DNA from: Lepidodermella squamata
Lineage: Eukaryota; Animalia; Gastrotricha
Direction: 5' to 3'
Length of the DNA: 64,000 bases
Assembly (NCBI GenBank): GCA_047495785.1
Contig: JBLDXI010000019.1
Span: 310,001 to 374,000 of the forward strand
In this document: piece by piece, positions 39,174-50,498 of the stretch
Layout: each line of letters starts with the position of its first letter
Position numbering within the stretch: the first letter of the stretch is position 1
The notes under the pieces: generated by a model
The model's database searches: none
Seen by the model: the letters and a program-made list of their open reading frames with translations, nothing else
Told to the model about the DNA's origin: nothing
Program-made: the position numbers and the translations under genes

Positions 39174-39390
39174 TTGAGAATGTAATACGAGATTGGATGT
39201 AATATCTAAAAAAACGAAAATAATTCAATTATTTATGGTTTAATAATATTTATAATAATATTTCAATAATATATATCATTTTTTGCACGAATTAAGGAAC
39301 AATCAATTCTTCGAAAAATTATTGTTAAGTTACAGGCAAGTAACAGGCAAGGCCATAAAAAACTAGGTAAAAACAAAGTCGATGTTTTGA

Positions 39391-39729
39391 TCAGGCTGTT
39401 ACAGCATTCTCATCGGCAGCGCCTTGTTCGTTCGACGCGAACAAGCACAATTGAATTGTAGATTGATGATGTTGATCGATAGGGGCATAACGACGCCTGC
39501 GCCGACAAATGACGATTACAGCCCCTGTCGCGGCCACGACTGCTAACAAAAGCACTACCCCCCCGCATATTAGACCAATCAACATCGGGGTTGAAAGGCC
39601 AGGCGGCACATTGTTGGCTGGCGACGTTGTCGGGTTAAAGGCGGGGCATAGACCCGAACAATCGAGATTGAATAAACGGCAACGTTCAATCTCCTCAATC
39701 GTTGCCTCCCGACAAGTCGTTGTGGCCAT
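39391..39729 (-). CDS. Small single-pass membrane protein; cargo family member 4
   Basis: MATTTCREATIEEIERCRLFNLDCSGLCP..., TM, CRRRRRYAPI, LCLFASNE..VTA; paralog of 37296-37634. Confidence 0.75.
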   Translation of the reverse strand: MATTTCREATIEEIERCRLFNLDCSGLCPAFNPTTSPANNVPPGLSTPMLIGLICGGVVLLLAVVAATGAVIVICRRRRRYAPIDQHHQSTIQLCLFASNEQGAADENAVTA

Positions 39730-40272
39730 AAATATTCTCAAAAAATTAATCGACTAAAGTTAGAATAAATTTAAATAGCTGAAATGCACATCACACTTTT
39801 TAACGGAGTTGTTTAACGGTTTAATTGTTGGTTAATGTGCGGAAAACGGAGAAATAAACAAAGAAGCAATAAGAAATATAAGAAAACTTTTATAAAAAAT
39901 ACTTTCTAGCTTATACAATATTATTTTATTGTGAGATGAGATCGGTATAATATTTATAATATACAGTGAAAGTTGTCTAAACCGGAAGTTTTTGAGTCCA
40001 AAAGTGTGGACTTCATTCTCAACCGGTCTGGTGGTATAAACCTGACGGAGTTTGGGAGTCTGGAATTCGCAACCCGAGCGACCCGAGCGGCCCGAGCGCG
40101 GCCCGAGCGCGACCCGAGTCCGATTTAGACGACTTGCACTGTAGTTGTTTTCGGTTTTATAGGTAACGCAAGAACATTGAGAAAGTCCAAAGATTGCATG
40201 CAAAAAATATTGCGGGACCTTCATCATAATGGCATTATAAATCATATTCATGTGAGATTATAATAATGTTCG

Positions 40273-41774
40273 TCATTGCACATCATTTGCCTGGGCGGAC
40301 GGCTGGGCTTCCTGTCTAACTACATATAAATTAACTCCGGTTAGAAATGCCATAAATTGACGAAGATGGGTTATCCTAGCAACTACGGTTGCCATATTAG
40401 CGGTAGCAAAATTGCGCAAGGCAGTTAGCTGTTCAGCGGTATATTGTATACTTTGATACTCAAATTCTGCTTCAGAAATATAAGGAAAAGCAATGAGTCT
40501 GGTAGGCGGCGTATCTATTCTGCCTTCTCCTGCAAGACCTACAGCTACCACGCTGGGAACTTGTTCAGTCTCTACAGCTGTAGGGGCTTTAGATTTGGGG
40601 CTAGCGCCAACTATCGCATCGTCAAGACCATTCCCAACTACGGCAACTCCAGGGCCAGTCTCCACGGATTTTTTTCCAGTTATTAGGGCTAGGCTCATAT
40701 AAATTGTATTCTTTAAGCTGGAATAAACTAAAAAGGTAAAACTTGGCACGAAAAATAACGCTGTATGTTGTGGCTTGAATGAGGTTCCGTAATATATTAA
40801 AAAAAAGCCCGTTATGATCAAAACAACGTTTATCGCCATTTTCGGCCTACTCGAGACCAAAGGACCGTTTATCCAAGAAATAACAAACGCAGAGCAAGAA
40901 CACAAAAATATTAAGGCGTATAAAATATTATGTGCATTATCAATCGTATAATTTAGGTATTCAAAAGAGGCATATGATCCAGCGATAAATGACAGCAACA
41001 CATAGGCAACAGGCCTTTTAGTATTGTACAATTGTGATATAAAATAAAACGCAGCAGCTATCCCCGCTAAACTTCCGCTCATCGAACAAAAACTATAATA
41101 AGCTAGATTCGTTTCAGTTAGCCATTTCGATGCTACAACCATTAGAACACCTGTTAGCGTGACAATGAAATTATTAAAATCAAAATAACTTTCAGCCAAT
41201 TGCAGATCGACAGTCGAATTCAAGGGGCATATAGCAATGCTGTAGTAATCAAAGGCCGACACAAGCGCCGTCTCGAAGGCATCTTTATCGTCCTCGTCTG
41301 ATGCATCAAATAAGCTTGGTAGAAATAGTGACATAATCTGAAGAATGCCGGGCGAACGACGGTTTGCAGTTACTGCACAGCATCTAGCAGCGAGCTTTTC
41401 AGAGCAATCGTTGCCAGTATAAATCTCCAATTTAGCCACATCTTGTATTGATGCTGGTATTATTCGGTACTGGCATAAAGTTTTTCATTAAATATCCAAA
41501 AGGCAAACCAAAACCTTACCTTGTTTATCCAAAATAAATAATTAAGTTGCCATAATTCCGACTTAGTTAAGCACACTTGAGAAGGGATCGGCGGCGAATA
41601 GTCTGAAAAGGAAATCTGGTATGCCCCATCCTCAACGAGGGCCCACGGCGGAACACTAATTTCTTCGAAATTTTCGCAGTTGTTGGTTGTTAAACAGAAT
41701 GCCTCAGATAGAATTGCTGAGCTCCAAATTATCGTTAGAACATTAAACTCTGCGTGAAATTTGCGGTATGCCAT
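40273..41774 (-). CDS. NEMP/TMEM194-like nuclear envelope integral membrane protein
   Basis: Signal-like N-terminus (MAYRKF..), one intron (about 41517-41470), about 5 TMs with NEMP-type motifs: YYSFCSMSGSLAG..FYFISQL, GPLVSSR..INVVL..GFFLIYYG, and ISEAEFEYQSIQYTAEQLTALRNF..VVARITHLRQFMAFLTG (compare NEMP1 LTEEEY..QGEVETRKALEELREF..VSRIQSPKRFADFVEG). Confidence 0.75.
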
Positions 41775-42147
41775 ACGATAAATAAAACTGACTAAAATGT
41801 GAGAGAAATTTAGAAAATTAAACATTTATTTCTTAGTTGTGGGTAGCTATAATTATCAAATAATAGATCACACTTGTATTTTATTATAATTGACAGTGAA
41901 TTTACATTCTTAGAAGGCGTGCAAAAAGGAAAAATGAAGATGATAACCACAAAATAATAATTAATTGGCTAGATTCGCGCACAAGAGTTAAAGGACTACT
42001 AATAAAACGCAATATTTTGCAATATCAAATATCAATATCAATTATCAATAAAAAGCCAGAGGCGGAGATTTCCTTAGGTTACCTACAACATGCTAGAGTT
42101 CCTTGCTAAAGAGTTCCTTGTTGCTGGTTAAAGTAGCAAGATCTATA

Positions 42148-43821
42148 CTATCGAAATGGCCGAAAGCGATTGATCAAAGGCTGAATAATACTTGAACGAC
42201 TTTCTTCGCTCTTAGATGACGATTCATTGTTGCCCACGTCACGTTTTTCTTCGGCAATGACACGACTGCTTTCGCTATGGACGATTCTTCTTCCAGATCG
42301 CAAGACAGACGAAGATGGATCGGAGGCTAGTCTGCTACTTGTTTCAGTAGTTTTCAAATTAACTATGGGCTCAATTTTATTAGTAGCAATAACCTCACGG
42401 TCTGAATCGTTTGTCACACCACCACCACCACCATCTTCTCTATTCATGTATTTCTCAATCATGCGCGCAACAGCCAAAAAAGATAAGATGTAAATGAGAG
42501 ATAAATACCACATCAGAGGTCGGTTAAGATATAGCTCGCTCACATATAAATAACGCAGCGATAGAGCGACAAATTGGGTTACTATGACCGTGTCATAAAT
42601 CTTTATCTCGGTTGCATAGCTTGTTACAACTAATTCCAAGGCACCGCAGACCGCCAGTAGCATTAGTTGCATTAGTAGCCTGTTTCGCATAGAATCTGAT
42701 CCCGAGTAGTAATATTGGTATAATAGATACAAAGCTACCACGATGTAGAAATAGCACTGATAGGCTGAAAAATTCGGACTTCTGATGATAAAAATTGAAA
42801 TCTAAGACAATTAAAGTCAAAATTATGATCATCGTTTGCCAGAAACGTACCTGAGCTAAAACTTCCCGGACCAGGGTGGATTTTTTCGCAAAATATTCAA
42901 GCGTGGATTGAATAGGGGTATAAGCCAGAGAAATGGCCCTGACTAAACTTGGTATCCAGTTTGTGAACATTTCTCTCACCGGAACGGAAACACTGAGATC
43001 CCATAGCGTTTGAGTAAGCCACACCTTCGAATAGCTACGCAGCATGCAGCTTGTGTCCTCAGCGAAGTCGATAAAGTAAGCTATGGATATCTGAGAATAA
43101 ATCAAATGAGCAAACTGCTCTGGAAAAATGCTTATTACATACCAATCCAGGGAGTAAGTTTCCAGTATTCTTCTCGTCAAAGGCCTTTTAATAGAAATTC
43201 ATCAAATTGAAAGATTAAGCAATTAAATAACCTTCATACAAGCCAAAATATCAGCTCCCTCTTTGCAGGCAGTTTCATAAGAGGGATTGATACATACAAG
43301 AATCCGGAAAGTGTAGGATTTCTAACAATAAAATTCACTTGAGTTAACTCATGTTCACAGAATAATTTGCTCACCAAATCATCTGCAGTGAGAGGAAATG
43401 TTTTTTTGACAACCTCCTTCATATCTTTGATGATCTGAGTCATGAAAACGAACCCAATGATGTTTAAGTCAGGTTAAAGGGCTCACCTTATCTCCACAGT
43501 CTCGTTTATCTTTGCCCGTTTTTACAGCCATAAGTTTTCCAAGATAGTAATGCCCCTCTTTAGAGAAAAACATGTTTTTTAGCGATCAATGTTCGAAAAT
43601 GAATCCAAATACTTACCCCAAATGTAAGCTACTGTCTCACACTCGGTATTTACTGGCCCGGTAAAAAACCCATCCGTCACATTTTCCCAGTCGATATCTG
43701 GCGCATCAGCAAGAGGGTTCTCCAAAACAGGAGATAGTTTCACCGTGCGTTTTTCAATTTTTCCATTGACATGAGCATAGATGGCGATAATTGTTATCAG
43801 ATAATATGTCGTAGCATTCAT
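42148..43821 (-). CDS. Brambleberry/GEX1/Kar5-like nuclear membrane fusion protein (multi-exon, shortened)
   Basis: Signal peptide. Splicing out ~50-bp introns (e.g. 43374-43322, 43231-43185, 43142-43091) gives KRDCGDKIIKDMKE..LTADDLKSYTFRILVCINPSYETACKEGADILACMKAFD..ISIAYFIDFAEDTSCMLRS (Cys-rich domain), then TMs YFYIVVALYLL..RNRLLMQLMLLAVCGALE and a Ser/Arg-rich tail. Confidence 0.6.
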
Positions 43822-44034
43822 TTTGCAACAAGGAGTCGAAAAAATGAACGCAAGACGAAGCGCGCCAAAAGTGGATGATTGACAAAGGAAGCTTTTGTTC
43901 TGTCAAGGCCCTTATTAGAGAATAAAAATCTGGTAAAATGTAATTTTACATTCATAACTTGAAAGATTTTGATATTCATTTTGAAAGAGAAATTATAAAC
44001 TTCAAGATTAAAAAGCTTCTAAAAATGAATTGAT

Positions 44035-44300
44035 CCCTCGACAAGCTCACCATCTCAGCTTTCGATTTCGTGCTGCTAGCAAGTGGAATGACTTACCGCC
44101 ATCGATAAGATCTTCCGAAAACCCGAAGATCCTCAGAGATGAACTCCTGAAAGTATTACTGAAAGCAGAATACGTGGACGATTTCGTCTACACAAAGAAG
44201 AGGTAACTCGCCACCTTACCTCGACGCGCCCATCTGCGTCCGTTGGATGGAAGACCGCCTTAGTGCGAATCCAACGTACATACATACATACATACATACA
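44035..44300 (+). mobile_element. 3' end of a CR1/L2-like LINE with (TACA)n tail
   Basis: SFRFRAASKWNDLPPSIRSS ORF2 C-terminal motif, 3' UTR and TACA repeats; second copy at 49402. Confidence 0.75.
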
Positions 44301-44302
44301 TG

Positions 44303-44530
44303 ATGGGTCGAAGTTCAACTACTGCGACGCCGTCATCGATCAAGGTTGCAAGACCCAGCTGGATCGTCTTCAACACGCGCAAAACGAAGCCGTTCGTGCC
44401 GTTCTCGACGTCAGTCCTGATGAAGTTCTCCTGCGATTGCGATGGGTGAATGTGCCAGGCAAACGACTGGTCCACCCGGCTAAAACCATGTGGACGTGCA
44501 GCAGGGATCCTGAGACCCCGAGGCACGAGG
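44303..44530 (+). mobile_element. LINE ORF2 C-terminal fragment
   Basis: FNYCDAVIDQG..LDRLQHAQNEAVR..LRW..GKRLVH, homologous to LNYCDTVLDQA..VQNRVMR..LGW..GKRKVH in the 58-kb LINE. Confidence 0.75.
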
Positions 44531-44899
44531 CACCCTCGTCGCTAGTCAAGCCGATGATAATACACTTTATTTTCTTATAGTTCTGGAAGTATAGTAGTGT
44601 CTTATAGTTCCGGCGTTAAATAATACTCTATTTTTGGCTCCGTGGAATTACCTCATGTAAATATTCTCTACTTTTGTAAATCATTCTCCAAATAAGTCTT
44701 CTGGTAGCTTTCTTGCTACGACGGCGTTTGTAGGCTTCGCTGAGTGAGTGGAAAAGCCACTGATTATAGGCTGTTGTGGCGCCCTCCAACTTTCCTGATT
44801 TTGTTGCTGATTTTTTTGCTAATGCTTTTTGCGCACGGCTTCTTTGCGCCTGTCACATCTTCTTAGTTTCTAGGGATGATTAATACTACTTAAATCGAA

Positions 44900-45705
44900 A
44901 TGCATGTAATCCAAGTAAAATTTGCTGCTGGTGCTTCAATTCTAGCTGCTAAGAAGTATATACAAGATAATTATCCAGAACTTCAATTCACCTATTCCAG
45001 AAAACTTGGTGAGAATCAGGACATGTGATATATCCGATTAATTATAATAAGTCTTTTTCAGGTTCTGGAAGACGTTCTTTTTATTTTCGCTGTAGGGGGT
45101 ATGGGAGGTTCTTAGCCGAAACAACGAGTGAGAAGTGTCGATCTACGGCCTTATTGACGATTTATGATAACGGAGAAATGATATTCCAACGCTCTGCTAA
45201 TAGCCATCCAACTCATCCATTACCATACCAAATCTCTCGAATGTCAGTTGGCAGTAAGGCGTTTATAGAAGAAAACTTCAGGCTAAAAACAGCTTCGAAA
45301 ATACACGAAGAGTTGTCAGCCATGAATGAAAACAACCCGTTCTTAACGACTCCAAGCCTTGATCGGATTCAGGATTTCATAAGGCAGCTGCTACATCGAG
45401 ACCTAGGCTCCTTCAATAGGCGCCGTCCAGCGTCATCAAACGTTCTTCAAAATTTCACCAAACGGTCATGTCGGCATTTTCCTGTATCTATCTCAAAAAA
45501 GTTGAAATATCAATGGCCTTGCGGAGCCTGTCTCTCAGATCTTAGCCACCCTAATTCGCGAAAAGAACAATTGTCTATTGAGTGCTCTTGTTGCCATATG
45601 TATTTTCACAAAACTTGTTCATTGCTGACCAATCGCGAGTTCTCGCAATTTCAGTCAATCGTAAAGCTGAAGTGGTTTTGCTGTTATTGTAACCCGAAAA
45701 CTTGA
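44900..45705 (+). CDS. WRKY/GCM1-type (MULE/FAR1-like) Zn finger plus C-terminal PHD finger protein
   Basis: Two exons. FYFRC..KC..NSHPTHP; PHD C4HC3 pattern CGAC..IECSCCHMYFHKTC..KWFCCYC. Confidence 0.7.
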
Positions 45706-46578
45706 TTATTTTTTTGCTCTACCTAAACGTTAGATTTATGCGCTGTTCCAGAGCATTCATTATTATAATATTTTAGAACAATAATTACAGTGTTGAAATT
45801 ATATAGTTATGTTATGTTAAAATTATAGTGTTGATGAAGTGTTGAGGAGAAAGTTATGAATAAATTCACTGTTTGCAGCTAGAAAGGTTCATTTTCTTGT
45901 TCGATAATGATGGGATGACTCAGACGGCTCCGTGGGAGAACTTATTTTTCGATTTGAATTTGATGTTCGCATTGCCAAAATGAATAGAACGATCAGTGCC
46001 AATATTTGAAAGATGGCACACTTTAGTGAACCGATCGACAGCTCATGTTAAGAACTTGACTTGAACAATCGCGCGGGTCATTTTCATGAGGAAAATTTGA
46101 CTTTCCCGCGCATATTATATGGCATGTTATTGCGGCATATATGGTACATCCTGTGGCAGCAAAGTCGCCGATTCTCGAATGAAAAACAATGAAAAGATCA
46201 ATTATCAAATTACCAAATCGTACTATTTATTGACTAAATATTATTCATATTCCAAATATTTGACTAAATATTCAATTTGAGCAATTTGATGTAAGGTATG
46301 AGCCAAAACAGTGTCAAGCAATAACAGGAGTAGTAAGAGTACTCTAACAACAACTAACTCGTAACTCGTAACAGCAAGAGTTTTGATTCGAAGCAGTAAC
46401 AAAAATACGAGCAAGAGTCAAAAAGATGAAAAAATATCAAATTAGGGCAGGCACGACGAAAAAGGCACGAAGGAAAAGGCAGTCACGAAGACGAAGGAAG
46501 AAGATGAAAAAGTTGTATAACAGGCGTAAGAGTTATAATCGTTGCGAAACAACTAGGCGACATATTATGATATTATTC

Positions 46579-46732
46579 ATTTGTGACGTGGCAAGCGATT
46601 TCGGCCCTATCTCTATCTTCACAGGCATTTGAAAAGGCAACAGCTGACGCATAATCATTATTGCGCAACACCCAATTTTCAAATGACTGCGAAGATAGAG
46701 ATAGGGCCGAAATCGCTTGCCACGTCTCATTT
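46579..46732. repeat. ~55-bp-arm inverted repeat (small MITE/hairpin)
   Basis: GACGTGGCAAGCGATTTCGGCCCTATCTCTATCTTC versus GAAGATAGAGATAGGGCCGAAATCGCTTGCCACGTC. Confidence 0.85.
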
Positions 46733-47134
46733 GAGCAGTTATATTTTGTAGTATTTATTTATCCGCATCACGGTAAGTAAGAGTCGAAACCGGTCAAAAA
46801 CAATAGTTTTTCAGGCGCGAGTATCAAATGATCAAGAGTTAAAACCATCGAAAAATAAGAAATAATAAGCAAACGCAGCGTTTTTTAACGCTGAAGAATG
46901 CGAAGAATGCTGAAGATTTATTAACGCAGCGAGTAAGAAGAAAAATAAGAAATAAGAAGAAGATGATCGTTCAAAAAATCGAAAATCTACAATCAAAAAT
47001 AAGATCGAGGAGCAAATCAATTTTTGAAACTGAGCAGCATGCTCAACTTTATGAATGTCGCAGCAATTTAATTGACAAATCTAATGGTTCTATGACTGAA
47101 GAGCACGCGATCTGAGAGCAAAGATCAAACCAAT

Positions 47135-49003
47135 CTAATTGCCCTCTGCGCAAGGTGGTTTAACTGTCACAGTGTTTTGACAGTTAAACCACCTTACGCA
47201 GAAGCACGCCGGGCTACAACGCCGGTTATTTTTGCGGCAGCCGCACTGGGCTAAACAGCCGGTTTTGCAGTAGCAACGAACGGCTGTAGCGTCCTGCATG
47301 TTTTTCTGGTCGGTCGGAGCAGTCGAACCAGCCGGAGCAGTCGAACCAGCCGGAGCAGTCGAACCAGCCGGAGCATGATCAGACTCTGAACCTGATAAGT
47401 CGGGTCGACATTCCGGTAAAGATGAAGTTGAAGATGATGAAGATGAAGATGGTGGCAGCGCAGCATTAGTAGGGTCTATAAAACCAATTCAGACTTTAAA
47501 ACAAAATTAACAAGCATAACAAATCGTTGATACCGTTGTTTCCAGTGAGCGAGCGAGCCGTTGGGGTAGAGAACAAATTTGTATCGACCGAAACCTCCTC
47601 TCCTGTAAAAATATATAAATTATAAAAACAGGGTGTAAAATATTGTTAACTAACCAGGCGTTAGATGGAAATTGGGCGGATGTAACTGAGCATGTAACTG
47701 AGCCAGCCGCTGCTGCTCAGCGGTAATCGCATTTTCGATGGCATGTAGAAGGCCCATCGCCTCGGCAACTTGCGCCTCTGCAGCAGCGACCCGTGCTTCG
47801 GCAGCCGCAGCTCGCGCATTGGCAACCTCCGCACGGGCCTCTGCCGCGCGAGCGTAATGTACAGCTTCATGCGTAGCCGCCTCTTGGCGGGCACGCTGTT
47901 CTTCCGCCATGTGAAAGAGCCGCATGGCATTAGCGGCGCGGAGTTCAGCGGCATTCGCATCGGCATCGCAGACCCGAGCATGCTTCACGGGGACACGAGG
48001 AGTTGGCCCAATCTCAGAAGATCCTAGGTAAAACAATGTTAGCCAAATGAAATGTGTGATAATCAAATCAAAACCTGGCACTTGAGGATGATCAGGCTCC
48101 TTAAATTCGCAAGATTCTGCAAAAACGAATAATCATGATAATTACGATTTCGGGTTTCAGCTTTTACCAATGTTTTCATCCGGTGAGCTGGCACCAGCAA
48201 CAGATTGCCCAGCATCTTTTAAGTCTTTCAGGTGAGCGAACGCACGCCGAAACGGCGTTGCTACACTATCAAGCAACGGCGAAACCGCGCCGCGAATCGT
48301 TTCTAGAGTTGAAAAAAATATTACAAGAATCTAGCAACTAAAACAAACAAACCAATGTCAACGCTAACAAAGGCGCGCTCTCGGAGGCAGCCTGAAGTAG
48401 AAAGCATGAATAAAAAAAAATAAGCAAATTAATTACAGCTTACCGACGATTCGAGCACGTAGAGCTCTGGTTTTTGTAAATATGTACAGGCAACAGCAGC
48501 AAATTACGATAGCGCCGGTTACGCTGGTGACGGCGATTATCGCTATGTAGAAATACTGATGCTCCTGAAAATACAAATAAACTCCAAATAAATACAATAC
48601 AAATAATGTAAAATCATATGTCCTACGAGGACTTTTTGCAAATGGGTGTAAAAATCGGTCACGCAGAAATTAAATTCGCTAAACAAGAAATTCATGGCTT
48701 TACAGTATTATGTAACAGATGAATGGAAAAGGCTCAATTGAAGGAAACAGTATCAAAAGTTGTTTAATGCATGATCAAGAGCATTCGAAATGGTAACAAA
48801 AATAAAAAAATGTAAATGAAACCTACAAGCGTTGTGCTGTTGGAGTTGTGCTGTTCCCTGCTGATGACCACACCGCTGATGGTCAAATCGTCTGATTGCC
48901 GCTGATGGCCGCTGATGGCCACACCGTCGTTGACCACGCCATCGTTGGCGAGAGCACGCGATCCAACGGCCGGCGGCAAAACACCACGGAAAAATTCAGC
49001 CAT
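47135..49003 (-). CDS. Multi-exon transmembrane + coiled-coil + Tesmin/TSO1-like CXC domain protein
   Basis: A chain of mostly phase-1 GT-AG introns links the TM (YFYIAIIAVTSVTGAIVICCCCLYIF), an Ala/Glu coiled coil, a Ser run, (AGSTAP)x3 and a C-terminal CYCKTGCLAQCGCRKNNRRCSPACFC..NCQN. The start may instead be the ATG at about 48695. Confidence 0.75.
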
Positions 49004-49401
49004 TACAACAAAAGTACAAAAGTACAAAAGTACAAAAGTACAAAAATCAAATGAAAAACCTATGCAATAAAAGCCATATTGTTGGAAAAATAACTTATTT
49101 TAACCAATAGAAAATTTCAGATTATTCAGATTTCAGACTACAAAGACTTTTCCACGCAAGTATGCTTCGCAAGATCAAGTTGATGAAAGTGAAAGAAGGC
49201 AAGCTTGCTAGCACGTTTTTTTTTGCTCGGCGATCGGTCGTGCTAGGCTGGCCGTCGGCGTGCTAGGCTGTGCTTTTTTCATTATTCAATTAATTTTAGC
49301 ATTATAATATAACGTAATTAAAAAATTCTTGTTTATTTTATTTCATTTGAAAACCAAGAACGTCTTTTGGCGGGTTATTTTCAAGTTTTAGGAGTTTCGC
49401 T

Positions 49402-49571
49402 AACTCCTGAAAGTACTGCTGAAAGCAGAATACGTGGACGATTTCGTCTACACAAAGAAGAGGTAACTCGCCACCTTACCTCGACGCGCCCATCTGCGTC
49501 CGTTGGATGGAAGACCGCCTTAGTGCGAATCCAACGCTAATATACATACATACATACATACATACATACAT
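49402..49571 (+). mobile_element. Second, shorter copy of the (TACA)n-tailed LINE 3' end
   Basis: Near-identical to 44142-44300. Confidence 0.85.
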
Positions 49572-49914
49572 TTCAACAAAAAAGTCTCAGTTGACGTCGT
49601 CGAACGAAACAAAATAATAAAGAAGTCTCTCTCATTGCATTCATGCGTGGGAAATTTCATTTTCATTTTCGCCGAAGATTTGCCTCGAAATCGTTTTAAA
49701 GCTTTTATTTTGATTTAATTTGCAAGATCTGTTGTGAGACTTCGGCTTGTTCTTCACTACTTGTAGCAACTAGTAACTTGTGAACTATAACTAAATTTTC
49801 CATCTCCATCGCTTAACTTACTCGGAGAGGTTTGTCTTTAACCTCTAGATCCTGTAAAATGACCAAAAAATGACTAACCCATCAATGCATCCAAGTTCAT
49901 CCGTATGTTTAGGA

Positions 49915-50230
49915 CTGATAACAAGTTGATGCATCTGTTTTCTACTCGTAACAAGTTGACCTATTTGTTTTCTACTCGTAACAAATACTTATACTTTAAA
50001 CCATTAGTGTCCACTCGCGCGCAATGTTGAATCCTTTGAAAAGTTGTCATCACGAAGGCCCGGGAGGCTCTCTTACTGTCGAGACCAAGTCATCTTACAC
50101 TGGGCTTCTTGGAGCATCCTGTCAAGTGTTAAACTGCGACTCCAATATTTGTTTTCTACTCGTAACAAATAGGCACATCTGTTTTCTACTCGTAACAAAC
50201 TGGCCCGATTGTTTTCTACTTGTGACAAGT
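49915..50230 (+). repeat. Dispersed short direct repeats GTTTTCTACTCGTAACAA
   Basis: Five recognisable copies at about 49937, 49967, 50150, 50181 and 50211. Confidence 0.7.
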
Positions 50231-50498
50231 GGAGTTTTCAGCAAATTTCGCACAAACTTGACATCAATCAAACAACTTCCATCAAAGCCCCGCTAGTGGT
50301 TTAGGGCTGACTTCGTGATTTGGGTAACAGACAGTCAGTTGCCAGTTTTTACTGTTCAAATGAGCATCATTGCTTTGACCGTTCTCATAATTTACGTAGG
50401 ATTTCAGCTGCTAACGTTTGCTGAGTTTCTCTGTTGCCTGTTTACTGCTGAATTTAGTATGATACAAATAATTTTCTATTGAATAGTAAAGTTTAACG

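Noticed and set aside
47251-47466. ORF with LVRLLR repeats
   Set aside because: Wrong frame. The splice-consistent frame reads AGSTAP repeats leading into the CXC domain.
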